Translations under genes and position numbers: made by a program
Assembly: GCA_017414505.1 (NCBI GenBank)
Contig: JAFQLQ010000003.1
Location: 23,994-87,993, forward strand
Origin: Clostridia bacterium
GTDB lineage: Bacteria; Bacillota; Clostridia; UMGS1840; HGM11507
Direction: 5' to 3'
Length of the DNA: 64,000 nt
Notes under the pieces: generated by a model
Database searches by the model: none
What the model was told of the DNA's origin: nothing
The model's input: only the letters and a program-made list of their open reading frames with translations
Part shown: positions 18,907-27,963 of the stretch, piece after piece
Numbering within the stretch: the first letter of the stretch is position 1
Layout of the letters: every line of letters begins with the position of its first letter

Positions 18907-19571
18907 TAATTTTAGGTGTTGATTCTTCTGCAACTCTTGCCTCTGTTGCAATTGCGGAGGATGAAAAAACTATTGTAAACATAAATCTAAATCATAAAAG
19001 AACACATTCCGAAAAGCTTCTTGATATGATAAATCAGGCGTTGAGGCTGGCACAGCTAACCATAAATGATATTGATGTTTTTATGGTTAACAAAGGTCCC
19101 GGTTCTTTTACCGGGCTAAGAATAGGCATTGCAACCGTAAAAGGCCTTTGCCACGCAGTAAATAAGCCTGCGGTTCCTGTTTCTACGCTGGATAGCTTTT
19201 ATTATTCAACCTCGGGCTATGAAACGGTGTGTCCCATAATGGATGCAAGACGTGGCGAGGTTTATGCGGCAGTTTATCATAAAGGTGAAAAAGTAATGGA
19301 GGATACTCCGATTGCTCTTTCGGAGCTTCTTAAAAAGCTTGATTACGAAAAAATTCTGTTTTTAGGTGACGGGGTTCCAGTACACAGAGAATTAATAGAA
19401 AAAGAACTGGGAAATCGTGCTGAATTTGAATGCGAACATAATAATTTCGGTTCTGCAGCTGCTGTAATAAAAGCCGGATTAAATGAAATTAAGAAAAACG
19501 GAACTGTTGATTATAATAATTTGAATCCTGTTTATTTAAGGGTATCACAAGCGGAAAGGTTGAAAAAGTAA
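18903..19571 (+). CDS. tsaB: tRNA t6A37 biosynthesis protein TsaB
   Basis: YeaZ/TsaB-type N-terminus ILGVDSS...GPGSFTGLRIG. Overlaps tsaE by 4 nt. Confidence 0.85.
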   Translation: MIILGVDSSATLASVAIAEDEKTIVNINLNHKRTHSEKLLDMINQALRLAQLTINDIDVFMVNKGPGSFTGLRIGIATVKGLCHAVNKPAVPVSTLDSFYYSTSGYETVCPIMDARRGEVYAAVYHKGEKVMEDTPIALSELLKKLDYEKILFLGDGVPVHRELIEKELGNRAEFECEHNNFGSAAAVIKAGLNEIKKNGTVDYNNLNPVYLRVSQAERLKK

Positions 19572-19572
19572 A

Positions 19573-20007
19573 ATGAAAATTGCTATTGGCTCCGATCACG
19601 GAGGAGTGGAGTTGAAAGAAACTCTTAAAATTTATCTTACAGAACTTGGTCATACATATGACGATTGCGGAACAAATTCTCACGACAGTGTGGATTATCC
19701 CGATATTGCTAAAGAGGTTTGTTCAAAAATTGTAAATAAGGATTGCGATTTTGGTATTCTTGTTTGCGGAACAGGCATCGGAATGTCTATTGCGGCAAAT
19801 AAAATAGACGGCATACGTGCAGCTGTATGCTCAGATGAGTTTTCAGCAAGAATGACAAAAAGTCATAATAATTCCAATGTTATTTGTTTTGGTCAGCGTG
19901 TTATTGGCGATGAGCTTGCAAAATCTGTTCTTACCGCTTATATGGAAGCAGAATTTATGGGCGGACGTCATCAAGTGAGGGTTGACAAAATAACTTCATT
20001 GGAGTAA
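19573..20007 (+). CDS. rpiB: Ribose-5-phosphate isomerase B (RpiB/LacAB family)
   Basis: IAIGSDHGG and VCGTGIGMSIAANK motifs. Confidence 0.85.
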   Translation: MKIAIGSDHGGVELKETLKIYLTELGHTYDDCGTNSHDSVDYPDIAKEVCSKIVNKDCDFGILVCGTGIGMSIAANKIDGIRAAVCSDEFSARMTKSHNNSNVICFGQRVIGDELAKSVLTAYMEAEFMGGRHQVRVDKITSLE

Positions 20008-20042
20008 AATAAAAATATAAAAACAAAGGAGCGATTATTACT

Positions 20043-20675
20043 ATGAGTAAAGTTACAATCATGGATCATCCTCTTATTATTCATAAAATTTCCTTAATAA
20101 GAGATAAAAAAACAGGCAGTAAAGAATTCAGAGAGCTGGTAAAAGAAATTGCTATGCTTATGTGTTATGAAGCAACAAGAGATTTACCTCTAAAAGAAAT
20201 AGAAATAGAAACACCTATCTGTTCCACAAAAACAAAGGTAGTTTCCGGCAAAACTCTTGCTCTTATTCCAATTTTAAGAGCAGGTCTCGGAATGGTAGAC
20301 GGTATGCTTAGTCTTATCCCATCGGCAAAAGTTGGTCACATCGGTCTTTACAGAGATCCTGAAACCTTTAAAGCAGTTAAATATTTCTGCAAACTGCCAA
20401 AGGATATAGAAAAAAGAGATATAATTGTGCTTGATCCGATGCTTGCTACCGGTTCTTCCGCAATTTCTGCAATTACTTTCTTAAAAGAAGAAGGCTGTGC
20501 AGGTTCAATTAAGCTTATGTGTTTGTGCGCAGCTCCCGAAGGTGTTAAAGCTATGCAGGAAGCTCATCCTGATGTTGACATTTTCGTAGGTGCGCTTGAC
20601 GAAAAGCTTAATGACCATAAATATATTGTTCCCGGTCTTGGTGATGCAGGCGACAGAATTTTCGGAACAAAATAA
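20043..20675 (+). CDS. upp: Uracil phosphoribosyltransferase
   Basis: Upp-type sequence with the PRPP loop [11 protein letters not shown] and C-terminal [12 protein letters not shown]. Confidence 0.95.
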   Translation: MSKVTIMDHPLIIHKISLIRDKKTGSKEFRELVKEIAMLMCYEATRDLPLKEIEIETPICSTKTKVVSGKTLALIPILRAGLGMVDGMLSLIPSAKVGHIGLYRDPETFKAVKYFCKLPKDIEKRDIIVLDPMLATGSSAISAITFLKEEGCAGSIKLMCLCAAPEGVKAMQEAHPDVDIFVGALDEKLNDHKYIVPGLGDAGDRIFGTK

Positions 20676-20688
20676 TAGTTTTAAACAT

Positions 20689-20717
20689 AAAAAATCCCTC
20701 TACAAGAGGGATTTTTC
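20689..20717. terminator. Bidirectional terminator
   Basis: AAAAATCCCTC, loop TACAA, GAGGGATTTTT. Confidence 0.7.
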
Positions 20718-20718
20718 T

Positions 20719-21969
20719 TTATATGTGTCCAATGTCAACTATTTCGGATTTTTCTTTGTCATCAGGTACTAAAGCATCGTCAAAGTGAATTATTACATTT
20801 TCTTTTTCCAGTTTATTCTGAAGAACAGAAACATCAATATTGTAAATTGGTTTGTTGGAATCTATTGCCTGGGCACAAGCCGCACCGGCAACCTGGCCTG
20901 TAATGATAGCAGGGGGAATAACTCTTAAAACATCCCACGCATAGCCTTCACCGGAGGTAACTCTTCCTGCGGCAATAACATTATCAAATCCGGTTTTTAT
21001 CATTGTTCTGTAAGGCATTTCAAATAAGAAATCTTTTCTTTCAAAATCGCAGATAGCACCAATTGAATCGTCAAAATGTTTGTAAGCATCTTCTGTTTTC
21101 AGGGTGTAATCACCGTCAATTCTTCTTGTAGTGCGGAATTGCGGCATGATAGGAAGAAGTGTGATATCTCTTTTTGTTCTGTCTTCATCTTTTATGTTAT
21201 TTAAGAGTTTCAACTGATTGCTTTTTAAGTATTCACTTACATCATCTCCGTTTGTACCATCCCAAAGAGGCATTCCTTCCGGATGTCCTTTTCCGTAAAG
21301 GTCAGCACCTCCTCCGCAAGATTTACCTACAAGCTTTGATATATCTTTGCTTTCAAGAGCACTTTCACAATGTCCAATATTAGTATAAAAAGCAATATAT
21401 GTATCGAAATTTCCACCGGTAACAGTGGGTACGCCTGCAAGATGCAGAACATCTGCATCGCCGGATGCATCAACAATCATATCAGCCTCGTAATATTCAT
21501 AACCGCTCTTGTTATAAACCGTAATGCCGTTAATATGACCGTCTGTTACATCAGCACCGGTAATTACTGTATCAAATTTTATATCAACATTGTTTTCTGT
21601 TAAAATTTCTGTAAGAGCAAGGGAAAATATAGGTGCAGAGTAACGTGTAACATATCTCTGTTCAGTTTTACCAAAACCTGGTTCTCCGTTTTTCCAGTCA
21701 ATCGGGATGGTATCAAAGCCGTATTTTATAGATAAACGTAAGAATTCTTCTGCCATACCTTTAATAATTTGCACACCTCGTCCGTTACACATAGGAACAA
21801 AAAGGTTAATAAGACCTATTGTCGCAAGACCTCCAAGTTGAGTGGATTTTTCAATAAGCACAACTTTTTTTCCTGATCTTGAGGCTTCAAGTGCTGCAGC
21901 AGCACCGGCAACTCCGCCGCCTGCAACTAAAATATCGTATTTACCTTTTTTATTAATATTGATACACAT
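20719..21969 (-). CDS. FAD-dependent oxidoreductase
   Basis: N-terminal dinucleotide fold DILVAGGGVAGAAAALEASR..VVLIEK. Specific function not assignable. Confidence 0.75.
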   Translation of the reverse strand: MCININKKGKYDILVAGGGVAGAAAALEASRSGKKVVLIEKSTQLGGLATIGLINLFVPMCNGRGVQIIKGMAEEFLRLSIKYGFDTIPIDWKNGEPGFGKTEQRYVTRYSAPIFSLALTEILTENNVDIKFDTVITGADVTDGHINGITVYNKSGYEYYEADMIVDASGDADVLHLAGVPTVTGGNFDTYIAFYTNIGHCESALESKDISKLVGKSCGGGADLYGKGHPEGMPLWDGTNGDDVSEYLKSNQLKLLNNIKDEDRTKRDITLLPIMPQFRTTRRIDGDYTLKTEDAYKHFDDSIGAICDFERKDFLFEMPYRTMIKTGFDNVIAAGRVTSGEGYAWDVLRVIPPAIITGQVAGAACAQAIDSNKPIYNIDVSVLQNKLEKENVIIHFDDALVPDDKEKSEIVDIGHI

Positions 21970-22090
21970 TTTTTAACCTTCTTTAAAAAATTATTATATA
22001 TAGTATACCATAAAAAATTAAAAAATTCAACCCTGATATAGTAGAATTAAAAAATAAGTATTATGTGAGAAAATGAATATTCAAATACGA

Positions 22091-22119
22091 TTGACAGTAG
22101 AAGATTTTAATGATAAAAT
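22091..22119 (+). promoter_or_regulatory. Sigma-A-type promoter for fucU
   Basis: TTGACA (22091-22096), a 17-nt spacer, then TAAAAT (22114-22119) preceded by TGa. Confidence 0.45.
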
Positions 22120-22148
22120 TATAGTATAATTTATTAGGAGGAATAACT

Positions 22149-22571
22149 ATGTTAAAAGGAATACCAAGTATAATTTCACCGGAACTGCTTAAAATTCTTA
22201 TGGAAATGGGACACGGTGACGAAATTGTAATAGGTGACGGCAATTTCCCGGGAGCAAGTGTAAACGAAAGATGTGTGCGCCTGGACGGACACGATGCTCC
22301 AACTGTGCTTAAAGCAATATTAAAGCTTTTCCCCTTAGATACTTATCAGAAACCTGTATATCTTATGGAAAAAGTAAAAGGTGATACAGTTGAAACACCG
22401 ATCTGGGATGAATATGCCGAAATTATTAAACCGCACACTAACGAAAAAGCAGAACATATTGAAAGATTTGCATTTTATGAAAGAGCAAAGAAAGCGTATG
22501 CCGTTGTAATGACAGGCGAAAGTGCTCTTTATGCAAATGTTATTCTTAAAAAAGGCGTTGTAGTAGAATAG
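22149..22571 (+). CDS. fucU: L-fucose mutarotase (RbsD/FucU family)
   Basis: Close block matches to E. coli FucU (SPELLK.L.EMGHGDEIV, RFAFYERAKKA, LKKGV). Confidence 0.8.
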   Translation: MLKGIPSIISPELLKILMEMGHGDEIVIGDGNFPGASVNERCVRLDGHDAPTVLKAILKLFPLDTYQKPVYLMEKVKGDTVETPIWDEYAEIIKPHTNEKAEHIERFAFYERAKKAYAVVMTGESALYANVILKKGVVVE

Positions 22572-22599
22572 AAAAAATCCCGATTTTTCGGGATTTTTT
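22572..22599. terminator. Bidirectional terminator
   Basis: AAAAAATCCCG, loop ATTTTT, CGGGATTTTTT. Confidence 0.75.
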
Positions 22600-22600
22600 A

Positions 22601-23296
22601 CTATTCTATAATCTCTCCGCTTGTGGAAATAGTAACAACTCTCCAGGGAATAAATTTTCCGCTTGTTTTTAAGGCATTTACTGTTGCATTTTCAATACCG
22701 CCGCAGCAGGGAACTTCCATACGAACTACTGTTACACTTTTAATATTATTATTGGAAATAATAGCCGTAAGCTTTTCTGTGTAATCTCCTTCATCAAGCT
22801 TGGGACAACCTATAAGAGTAATGTGCTTACGGATAAATTCATTATGGAAATTTCCGTAAGCATAAGCTGTACAATCCGCCGCAATAAGAAGATTTGCGTT
22901 GTCAAAATACGGAGCATTTACAGGTACGAGTTTAATCTGTACCGGCCATTGTGAAAGCTGACTTTCAGAAGCCATATTAACAGGAGCTTTTGATTCATCT
23001 CTTTTAATAGTTTTTGAATTTGTTCCGGGACATCCGCAGGGAAGCGGTGCAGAATCTTTTTTCTGTTTTGCGGCAAGAACTGCAGCTTCATCATAAGCGG
23101 GAGCCTCACGCTCTTCAAAAGTTATTGCATCAACAGGGCAGGCAGGTAAGCAGTCGCCCAGTCCGTCGCAGTAATCTTCACGGGTTAGTTTTGCTTTGCC
23201 GTTTATCATTTCTATTGCACCTTCGTGACATGCCAATGCGCAAGCTCCGCATCCGTTACATTTTTCTTCATTGATTTTTATAATTTTTCTTATCAT
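22601..23296 (-). CDS. 4Fe-4S dicluster ferredoxin-domain protein with a Cys-rich C-terminal domain
   Basis: CNGCGACALACHEG and CDGLGDCLPACP cluster motifs, with additional CGCPG and VPCCGG. Confidence 0.7.
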   Translation of the reverse strand: MIRKIIKINEEKCNGCGACALACHEGAIEMINGKAKLTREDYCDGLGDCLPACPVDAITFEEREAPAYDEAAVLAAKQKKDSAPLPCGCPGTNSKTIKRDESKAPVNMASESQLSQWPVQIKLVPVNAPYFDNANLLIAADCTAYAYGNFHNEFIRKHITLIGCPKLDEGDYTEKLTAIISNNNIKSVTVVRMEVPCCGGIENATVNALKTSGKFIPWRVVTISTSGEIIE

Positions 23297-23385
23297 ATAT
23301 AAATTCTCCTCTCGTTTATTATAATTAAATTATAATACTTTATCTAAGAAAATTCTGTTGTTTTTACAACGAAAATAAAAAAAGA

Positions 23386-23414
23386 TTGATTTTTTTAACA
23401 GGATATTATATAAT
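23386..23414 (+). promoter_or_regulatory. Sigma-A-type promoter for ferritin
   Basis: TTGATT (23386-23391), a 17-nt spacer, then TATAAT (23409-23414). Confidence 0.45.
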
Positions 23415-23440
23415 ATATAAAAAGAAAGGAGTGCAAAGTT

Positions 23441-23953
23441 ATGTTAAATGAAAAAGTAGCACAGTTATTAAATCAGCAAATTATAAAGGAGTTTTATTCT
23501 GCATATCTGTATCTTGATTTTTCAGTTTTTTATGAAGCTCAGGGACTTGACGGATTTGCAAACTGGTATATGATTCAGGCTCAGGAGGAAAGAGATCACG
23601 CAATGCTTTTCTTAAAATACCTGCAAAATAATGGCGAAAAAGTTAGTCTTGATACCATTGATAAGCCGGATAAAGAGCTTACAACTTTAATGGATCCTTT
23701 AAAATTTGGTTTTGAACACGAACAGTATGTAACAAGCCTTATTAACGATATATATGCAGCAGCGTATGATGTTAAGGATTTCAGAACAATGCAGTTTTTA
23801 GACTGGTTTGTAAAAGAACAGCTGGAAGAAGAGAAAAATGCCGATGATATGATTAAGAAAATGGAGCTTTTCGGCAATGATTCCAAAGGTTTATATTCTC
23901 TTGATTCTGAGTATGCGGCAAGAATTTATACTGCACCGTCACTTGTTTTATAA
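23441..23953 (+). CDS. ftnA: Non-haem ferritin
   Basis: Ftn-type four-helix protein with ferroxidase-site pattern (EFYSAYLY, QAQEERDHA, EHEQ). Confidence 0.85.
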   Translation: MLNEKVAQLLNQQIIKEFYSAYLYLDFSVFYEAQGLDGFANWYMIQAQEERDHAMLFLKYLQNNGEKVSLDTIDKPDKELTTLMDPLKFGFEHEQYVTSLINDIYAAAYDVKDFRTMQFLDWFVKEQLEEEKNADDMIKKMELFGNDSKGLYSLDSEYAARIYTAPSLVL

Positions 23954-23964
23954 TTTATAAAATT

Positions 23965-23995
23965 AAAACCGGCTCTTTTTATGAGAGTCGGTTTT
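23965..23995 (+). terminator. Terminator after ferritin
   Basis: AAAACCGGCTCT pairs with GAGAGTCGGTTTT (one G-U pair). Confidence 0.65.
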
Positions 23996-24006
23996 AACAT
24001 ATAACG

Positions 24007-24027
24007 AAAAGTCATTTTACGACTTTT
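24007..24027 (-). terminator. Weak hairpin after mazF
   Basis: AAAAGTC, loop ATTTTAC, GACTTTT. Short stem and short U-run. Confidence 0.3.
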
Positions 24028-24041
24028 AAAATATAACCTTA

Positions 24042-24386
24042 TTAAATAAGACCAAAACTTACATTTAAAGCATCGTTTACCTTAATTAAGGTAGAATTGT
24101 TTAAATGTCCGATTTTTTCTTTCAGCCTTTTTTTATCAATGGTTCTGATTTGTTCCATTAAAATTACCGAATCCTTTGGCATACCAAATTCTTCAGCGTT
24201 AATTTCAATGTGAGTAGGAAGTTTTGCCTTGTTTATTTTACTTGTTATTGCGGCGGCAATAACAGTAGGGCTGTGTTTGTTTCCAATATCATTCTGAACA
24301 ATCACAACAGGGCGAATTCCACCTTGCTCGGATCCTACAACGGGGCTTAGATCCGCATAGTATATATCTCCGCGTTTGATTTGCAC
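24042..24386 (-). CDS. mazF: MazF/EndoA-type mRNA interferase toxin
   Basis: [29 protein letters not shown] is nearly identical to B. subtilis NdoA/EndoA. Confidence 0.9.
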   Translation of the reverse strand: MQIKRGDIYYADLSPVVGSEQGGIRPVVIVQNDIGNKHSPTVIAAAITSKINKAKLPTHIEINAEEFGMPKDSVILMEQIRTIDKKRLKEKIGHLNNSTLIKVNDALNVSFGLI

Positions 24387-24388
24387 AT

Positions 24389-24646
24389 TTATTCACTCTC
24401 CGTTAAATAGAGCTCCCCGATATCGAGAGCCTCATTGTCTGACTGAATGCCTAAGTTTGCAAGCCCCAAATTAATCATGCCCATTTCCTGATAGCCATTT
24501 ATCATTTCTTCTTCTTTTTTCTTCTTATTATTGATATAATCATTTAAAATATCATTTATAACCTTATTTACATCCTCGTTTTCTTCGCTTAGATAATCAA
24601 AAACAGATGCGGGAATTTCAATTTCCAATTTTTTAGTTGTATCCAA
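24389..24646 (-). CDS. mazE: MazE/EndoAI-type antitoxin
   Basis: Acidic 85-aa ORF ending 2 nt before mazF. TTG 24646 lies 7 nt after [17 protein letters not shown] resembles EndoAI GYMEMAKINL. The track's ATG 24700 has no SD. Confidence 0.7.
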   Translation of the reverse strand: MDTTKKLEIEIPASVFDYLSEENEDVNKVINDILNDYINNKKKKEEEMINGYQEMGMINLGLANLGIQSDNEALDIGELYLTESE

Positions 24647-24723
24647 GGTTATGCCCCCTCTTGCGGAAAATATAAATACTATGGTACAACCATTATACAA
24701 CTAAATTAAAAAATAGTCAAATA

Positions 24724-25860
24724 TCAAAATTTGTCATAAATTGAAATTCTGGGAATTCTTTCGGAAAAACTGCAGGTAATTTCATAGCTGATGGTATGAA
24801 GGGCATTTGCCATATCATCAACAGAAATCATCTCGTTTTTGTCTTTTCCGATTAATGTAACAACATCTCCGGCTTTAACGCCGTCTATACCGGTAATATC
24901 AACCATAAGCTGATCCATGCATACTCTTCCGGTAATTTTGGCTCTTTTTCCGTTTACAAGAACATCAAATTTATTCGAAAGAGCACGGCTGTATCCGTCA
25001 GCATAACCTATAGGGAGAACAGCAAGAGTCATTTTTTGAGAGCTTGTGTAAGTTCTTCCATAGCTTACAGAGATGTTTTTTTCTATTTCCCGAATCAAGG
25101 AAATTCTTGCTTTAAGCTCCAAAGCAGGTTTTAACCCGGGAAAAGTATTTTCGAGCTCGGGGTTGGGATAATATCCGTAAATTATAATACCGCAACGTAC
25201 CATATCAAGATGCATTTCAGGGTTTGCAATTGTAGCCGCACTGTTGCAAATGTGCTTTAACCCTACGTTTATTCCACTGTTTTCAAGAGCTTTTATAACA
25301 GCTTGAAATTTATTATATTGCATCTTTGTATATTCTTTCTGGGAAAATTCATCCGAAACTGAAAAATGGCTGAATATACCATCAATTTCTATGTTTTCAA
25401 GCTCACTTATTTTTTTTATTTCAGAAACGGTAGTTTCAATATCATCCGAAGAAAATCCAAGACGTGTCATACCGGTATCAATTTTAAGGTGAACTTTTAT
25501 TTTTTTCCCGTAAGAATTAAGTTCTTTTGCGGTGTTGTAATCCGAAACAGCCGGAATAACCCCATTATTAATATATTCTCCGCATAAAAAAGTGTTTACA
25601 CCGGATAAAAGTAATAACGGTAAAGTAATTCCGTTTTTTCTGAGCTTAATTGCTTCATCTATGCAGGCTACTGCAAGATATGAATATCCGCATTTTTCTG
25701 CAAGCTTTGCAACTTCAACTGCTCCGTGACCGTAACCGTTTGCTTTAATAACGGCTACAGCCTTTACTTTATCGCTTAAGTGCGATTTTATAATTTTCAG
25801 ATTATTTTCTATGTTTGAAAGGTTGATTTCTGCCCACGCGCGGCTTGTTTCGATTGTCAT
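24724..25860 (-). CDS. alr: Alanine racemase
   Basis: PLP-lysine motif AVIKANGYGHG and overall Alr length. Conserved alr-endoAI-endoA gene order. Confidence 0.9.
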   Translation of the reverse strand: MTIETSRAWAEINLSNIENNLKIIKSHLSDKVKAVAVIKANGYGHGAVEVAKLAEKCGYSYLAVACIDEAIKLRKNGITLPLLLLSGVNTFLCGEYINNGVIPAVSDYNTAKELNSYGKKIKVHLKIDTGMTRLGFSSDDIETTVSEIKKISELENIEIDGIFSHFSVSDEFSQKEYTKMQYNKFQAVIKALENSGINVGLKHICNSAATIANPEMHLDMVRCGIIIYGYYPNPELENTFPGLKPALELKARISLIREIEKNISVSYGRTYTSSQKMTLAVLPIGYADGYSRALSNKFDVLVNGKRAKITGRVCMDQLMVDITGIDGVKAGDVVTLIGKDKNEMISVDDMANALHTISYEITCSFSERIPRISIYDKF

Positions 25861-25904
25861 TTCAAATACCTCTCGATTATTATTTTTTCATATTTTGAAA
25901 AATT

Positions 25905-27389
25905 TTATACATTGATAATATTTTTTATTGCTTTTGGCAGATAATTTATTAAATCGGAAGCTGTAATACAATATTCTGTTAAATCTTCTTTAGCCAGATC
26001 TCCGCTTAAACCGTGAAGATATGCACCAAGTGCAGGTGCAACAAATTCATCATTTATCTGCGATAAAAGTGAAGCAATAATTCCTGAAAGAACGTCTCCG
26101 CTGCCGGCAGTTGCCATTCCGGAGTTGCCGGAAGAGTTAATTATAATGCGGTTGCTATCATCCGTAATAACAGTTGCCGCACCTTTAAGTAAAATTGTGG
26201 AATTAAATTCTTTTGCATATTTCTGAGCGTGTAAAATTTTGTTGTCGTTTATATTGTTTAGCGTAAGCTTTGTAAGACGTGAAAATTCAACCATATGCGG
26301 AGTGAGAACAGTTTTGCATTTCTTTTTGGAAAGAAGCTTGGTGTCTGTTGCAAGAATATTTATTGCATCCGCATCTATAACCACGTTTCCTGTGAATTTC
26401 TGCAGAACAGTTTTTAAAATATTTTTCGCTTTGGGGTTGTTCTGGTGTCCCATTCCTATCGCAATGGAAGTAAGCTTATCAAGATAATTTTCAATCTGGG
26501 ATTCCTTTAGTACAATTACTTCTGTAAGCTTTATTGAAACTGTGTTTATTATATCGTCGGGAACAAATACATACACCAAGCCTGCACCGGCTTTTAGTGC
26601 GGCAGTAGCGGCTAAACATACAGAACCGCTCATTCCCTGGGATCCGCCGATAATGCCAATCTTTCCGTAATCGCCTTTGTGAGAATCAGGCTTTCTTTTT
26701 GGCAGTGTTTCGGTTGCAAAATCCTTATCGGCAAGAACGCAGGTAATATTAAGCTGTTTTTCTGCGTTTTTAGGAATACCTATATCAAGAAGCTTTTTTT
26801 CACCGCATATTTCTTTTCCGGGGTATAAATTTAAACCAATCTTTTCCATTGCAAGAGTGTATGTAGCAACGGGATGTATAACAGAACCATAATATTTTCC
26901 GTTATCCGCATTAAGTCCGCTTGGTATATCAACGGAAATAACCTTGTTGGGATAAAGGTTTATAATATCTATTGCAGTTTTTATATCACCTTCGGGTGCT
27001 CCTGAAATGCCTATTCCAAGTAAAGCATCAATTATAATGGCATCTTTTTCCACCGATTCTCTGAAACCGGAAACCTCAATATTCATTTCTCTTGCTTTTT
27101 CAAGTCCTTTTTTTGTAAGGGGATGAAGCTTTTCTTCATCGTCACAACAAAGGTATATTTTTGCTTTGCCGCCCATTTTTACAACATTGCAGGCAAAAAA
27201 CATACCGTCTCCACCGTTTTTTCCTTTTCCGCAAAAAACAGCATAGGGATTTTTCATAGAAAAATCCCTTGTAATATTTTCATATAATGCCCATGCGGCA
27301 TTTTCCATAAGTTGTTCATCACTCATTCCGAAATCGGATACAGCAAGGCTATCCAATTTGCGAATCTGAGCAGAGGTTGCTAATTTCAT
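25905..27389 (-). CDS. nnr: Bifunctional NAD(P)H-hydrate repair enzyme (epimerase + ADP-dependent dehydratase)
   Basis: YjeF_N domain (FCGKGKNGGDG) plus a C-terminal kinase-fold dehydratase (GSGDVLSG). ATG 27389 lies 9 nt after AAAGAG and is preferred over TTG 27398. Confidence 0.85.
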   Translation of the reverse strand: MKLATSAQIRKLDSLAVSDFGMSDEQLMENAAWALYENITRDFSMKNPYAVFCGKGKNGGDGMFFACNVVKMGGKAKIYLCCDDEEKLHPLTKKGLEKAREMNIEVSGFRESVEKDAIIIDALLGIGISGAPEGDIKTAIDIINLYPNKVISVDIPSGLNADNGKYYGSVIHPVATYTLAMEKIGLNLYPGKEICGEKKLLDIGIPKNAEKQLNITCVLADKDFATETLPKRKPDSHKGDYGKIGIIGGSQGMSGSVCLAATAALKAGAGLVYVFVPDDIINTVSIKLTEVIVLKESQIENYLDKLTSIAIGMGHQNNPKAKNILKTVLQKFTGNVVIDADAINILATDTKLLSKKKCKTVLTPHMVEFSRLTKLTLNNINDNKILHAQKYAKEFNSTILLKGAATVITDDSNRIIINSSGNSGMATAGSGDVLSGIIASLLSQINDEFVAPALGAYLHGLSGDLAKEDLTEYCITASDLINYLPKAIKNIINV

Positions 27390-27405
27390 AATATTCAACT
27401 CTTTT

Positions 27406-27948
27406 TTAAATGTTAATTTTAAACGGATTTGTGCGTTTCATTTCTTCCAGCATTTTTGTTGTAGGAGTAAAAATAAGAATCATTCGCTGACCGTCTTTGT
27501 TATTGAAAACTGCATAATAATCCTTAAAATGTGTTGTAGCTCCTGCAGCGTTTAAGCGAACTCTGATGTTGGGATCTTTGTAAGCACGTTCAAAATCCGG
27601 GCCTTCTGCAAGCCCCATCTGATCGAAATTGTTTATGGAAACTGTAAGCATTCTTTTTCTGGTACGTCTTGCAACAATTCTGTCAACATCAAGCTCACCG
27701 TTGGTATAAATGTATTCGTATTCAACAGCAACGTAGTTACTAAGCCACCACGCACCTATAAATGCACCTACTGTAAGTGCAAAAGTAAACTGACCTAGAT
27801 ACTGACCAATCTGAGGCGAAGCAAAGGTAATAATCATTAGTAAAAGACTTACCAAAGCTGCCGCAACATATAAGCCTATGATTTTCAAAACACCGATTGC
27901 ATCAAGTTTTTTCTTGACCATATACTCCATATAAACATCGTTATTCAT
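27406..27948 (-). CDS. Conserved hypothetical protein: two TM helices plus a soluble C-terminal domain
   Basis: Hydrophobic segments IIGLYVAAALVSLLLMIITF and FTFALTVGAFIGAWWL, then YIYTNGELDVDRIV. No recognisable catalytic motif. Confidence 0.6.
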   Translation of the reverse strand: MNNDVYMEYMVKKKLDAIGVLKIIGLYVAAALVSLLLMIITFASPQIGQYLGQFTFALTVGAFIGAWWLSNYVAVEYEYIYTNGELDVDRIVARRTRKRMLTVSINNFDQMGLAEGPDFERAYKDPNIRVRLNAAGATTHFKDYYAVFNNKDGQRMILIFTPTTKMLEEMKRTNPFKINI

Positions 27949-27963
27949 TGTAAAACACTCCTT

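Noticed and set aside
23319-23335. Perfect palindrome TTATAAT-TAA-ATTATAA between the Fe-S protein gene and ferritin, considered as a PerR/Fur box
   Set aside because: The spacing is 7-3-7, not the 7-1-7 of Fur/PerR boxes. It lies about 50 nt upstream of the ferritin -35. Both arms are simply TATAAT-like, so it may just be the -10 of the minus-strand gene in AT-rich DNA.
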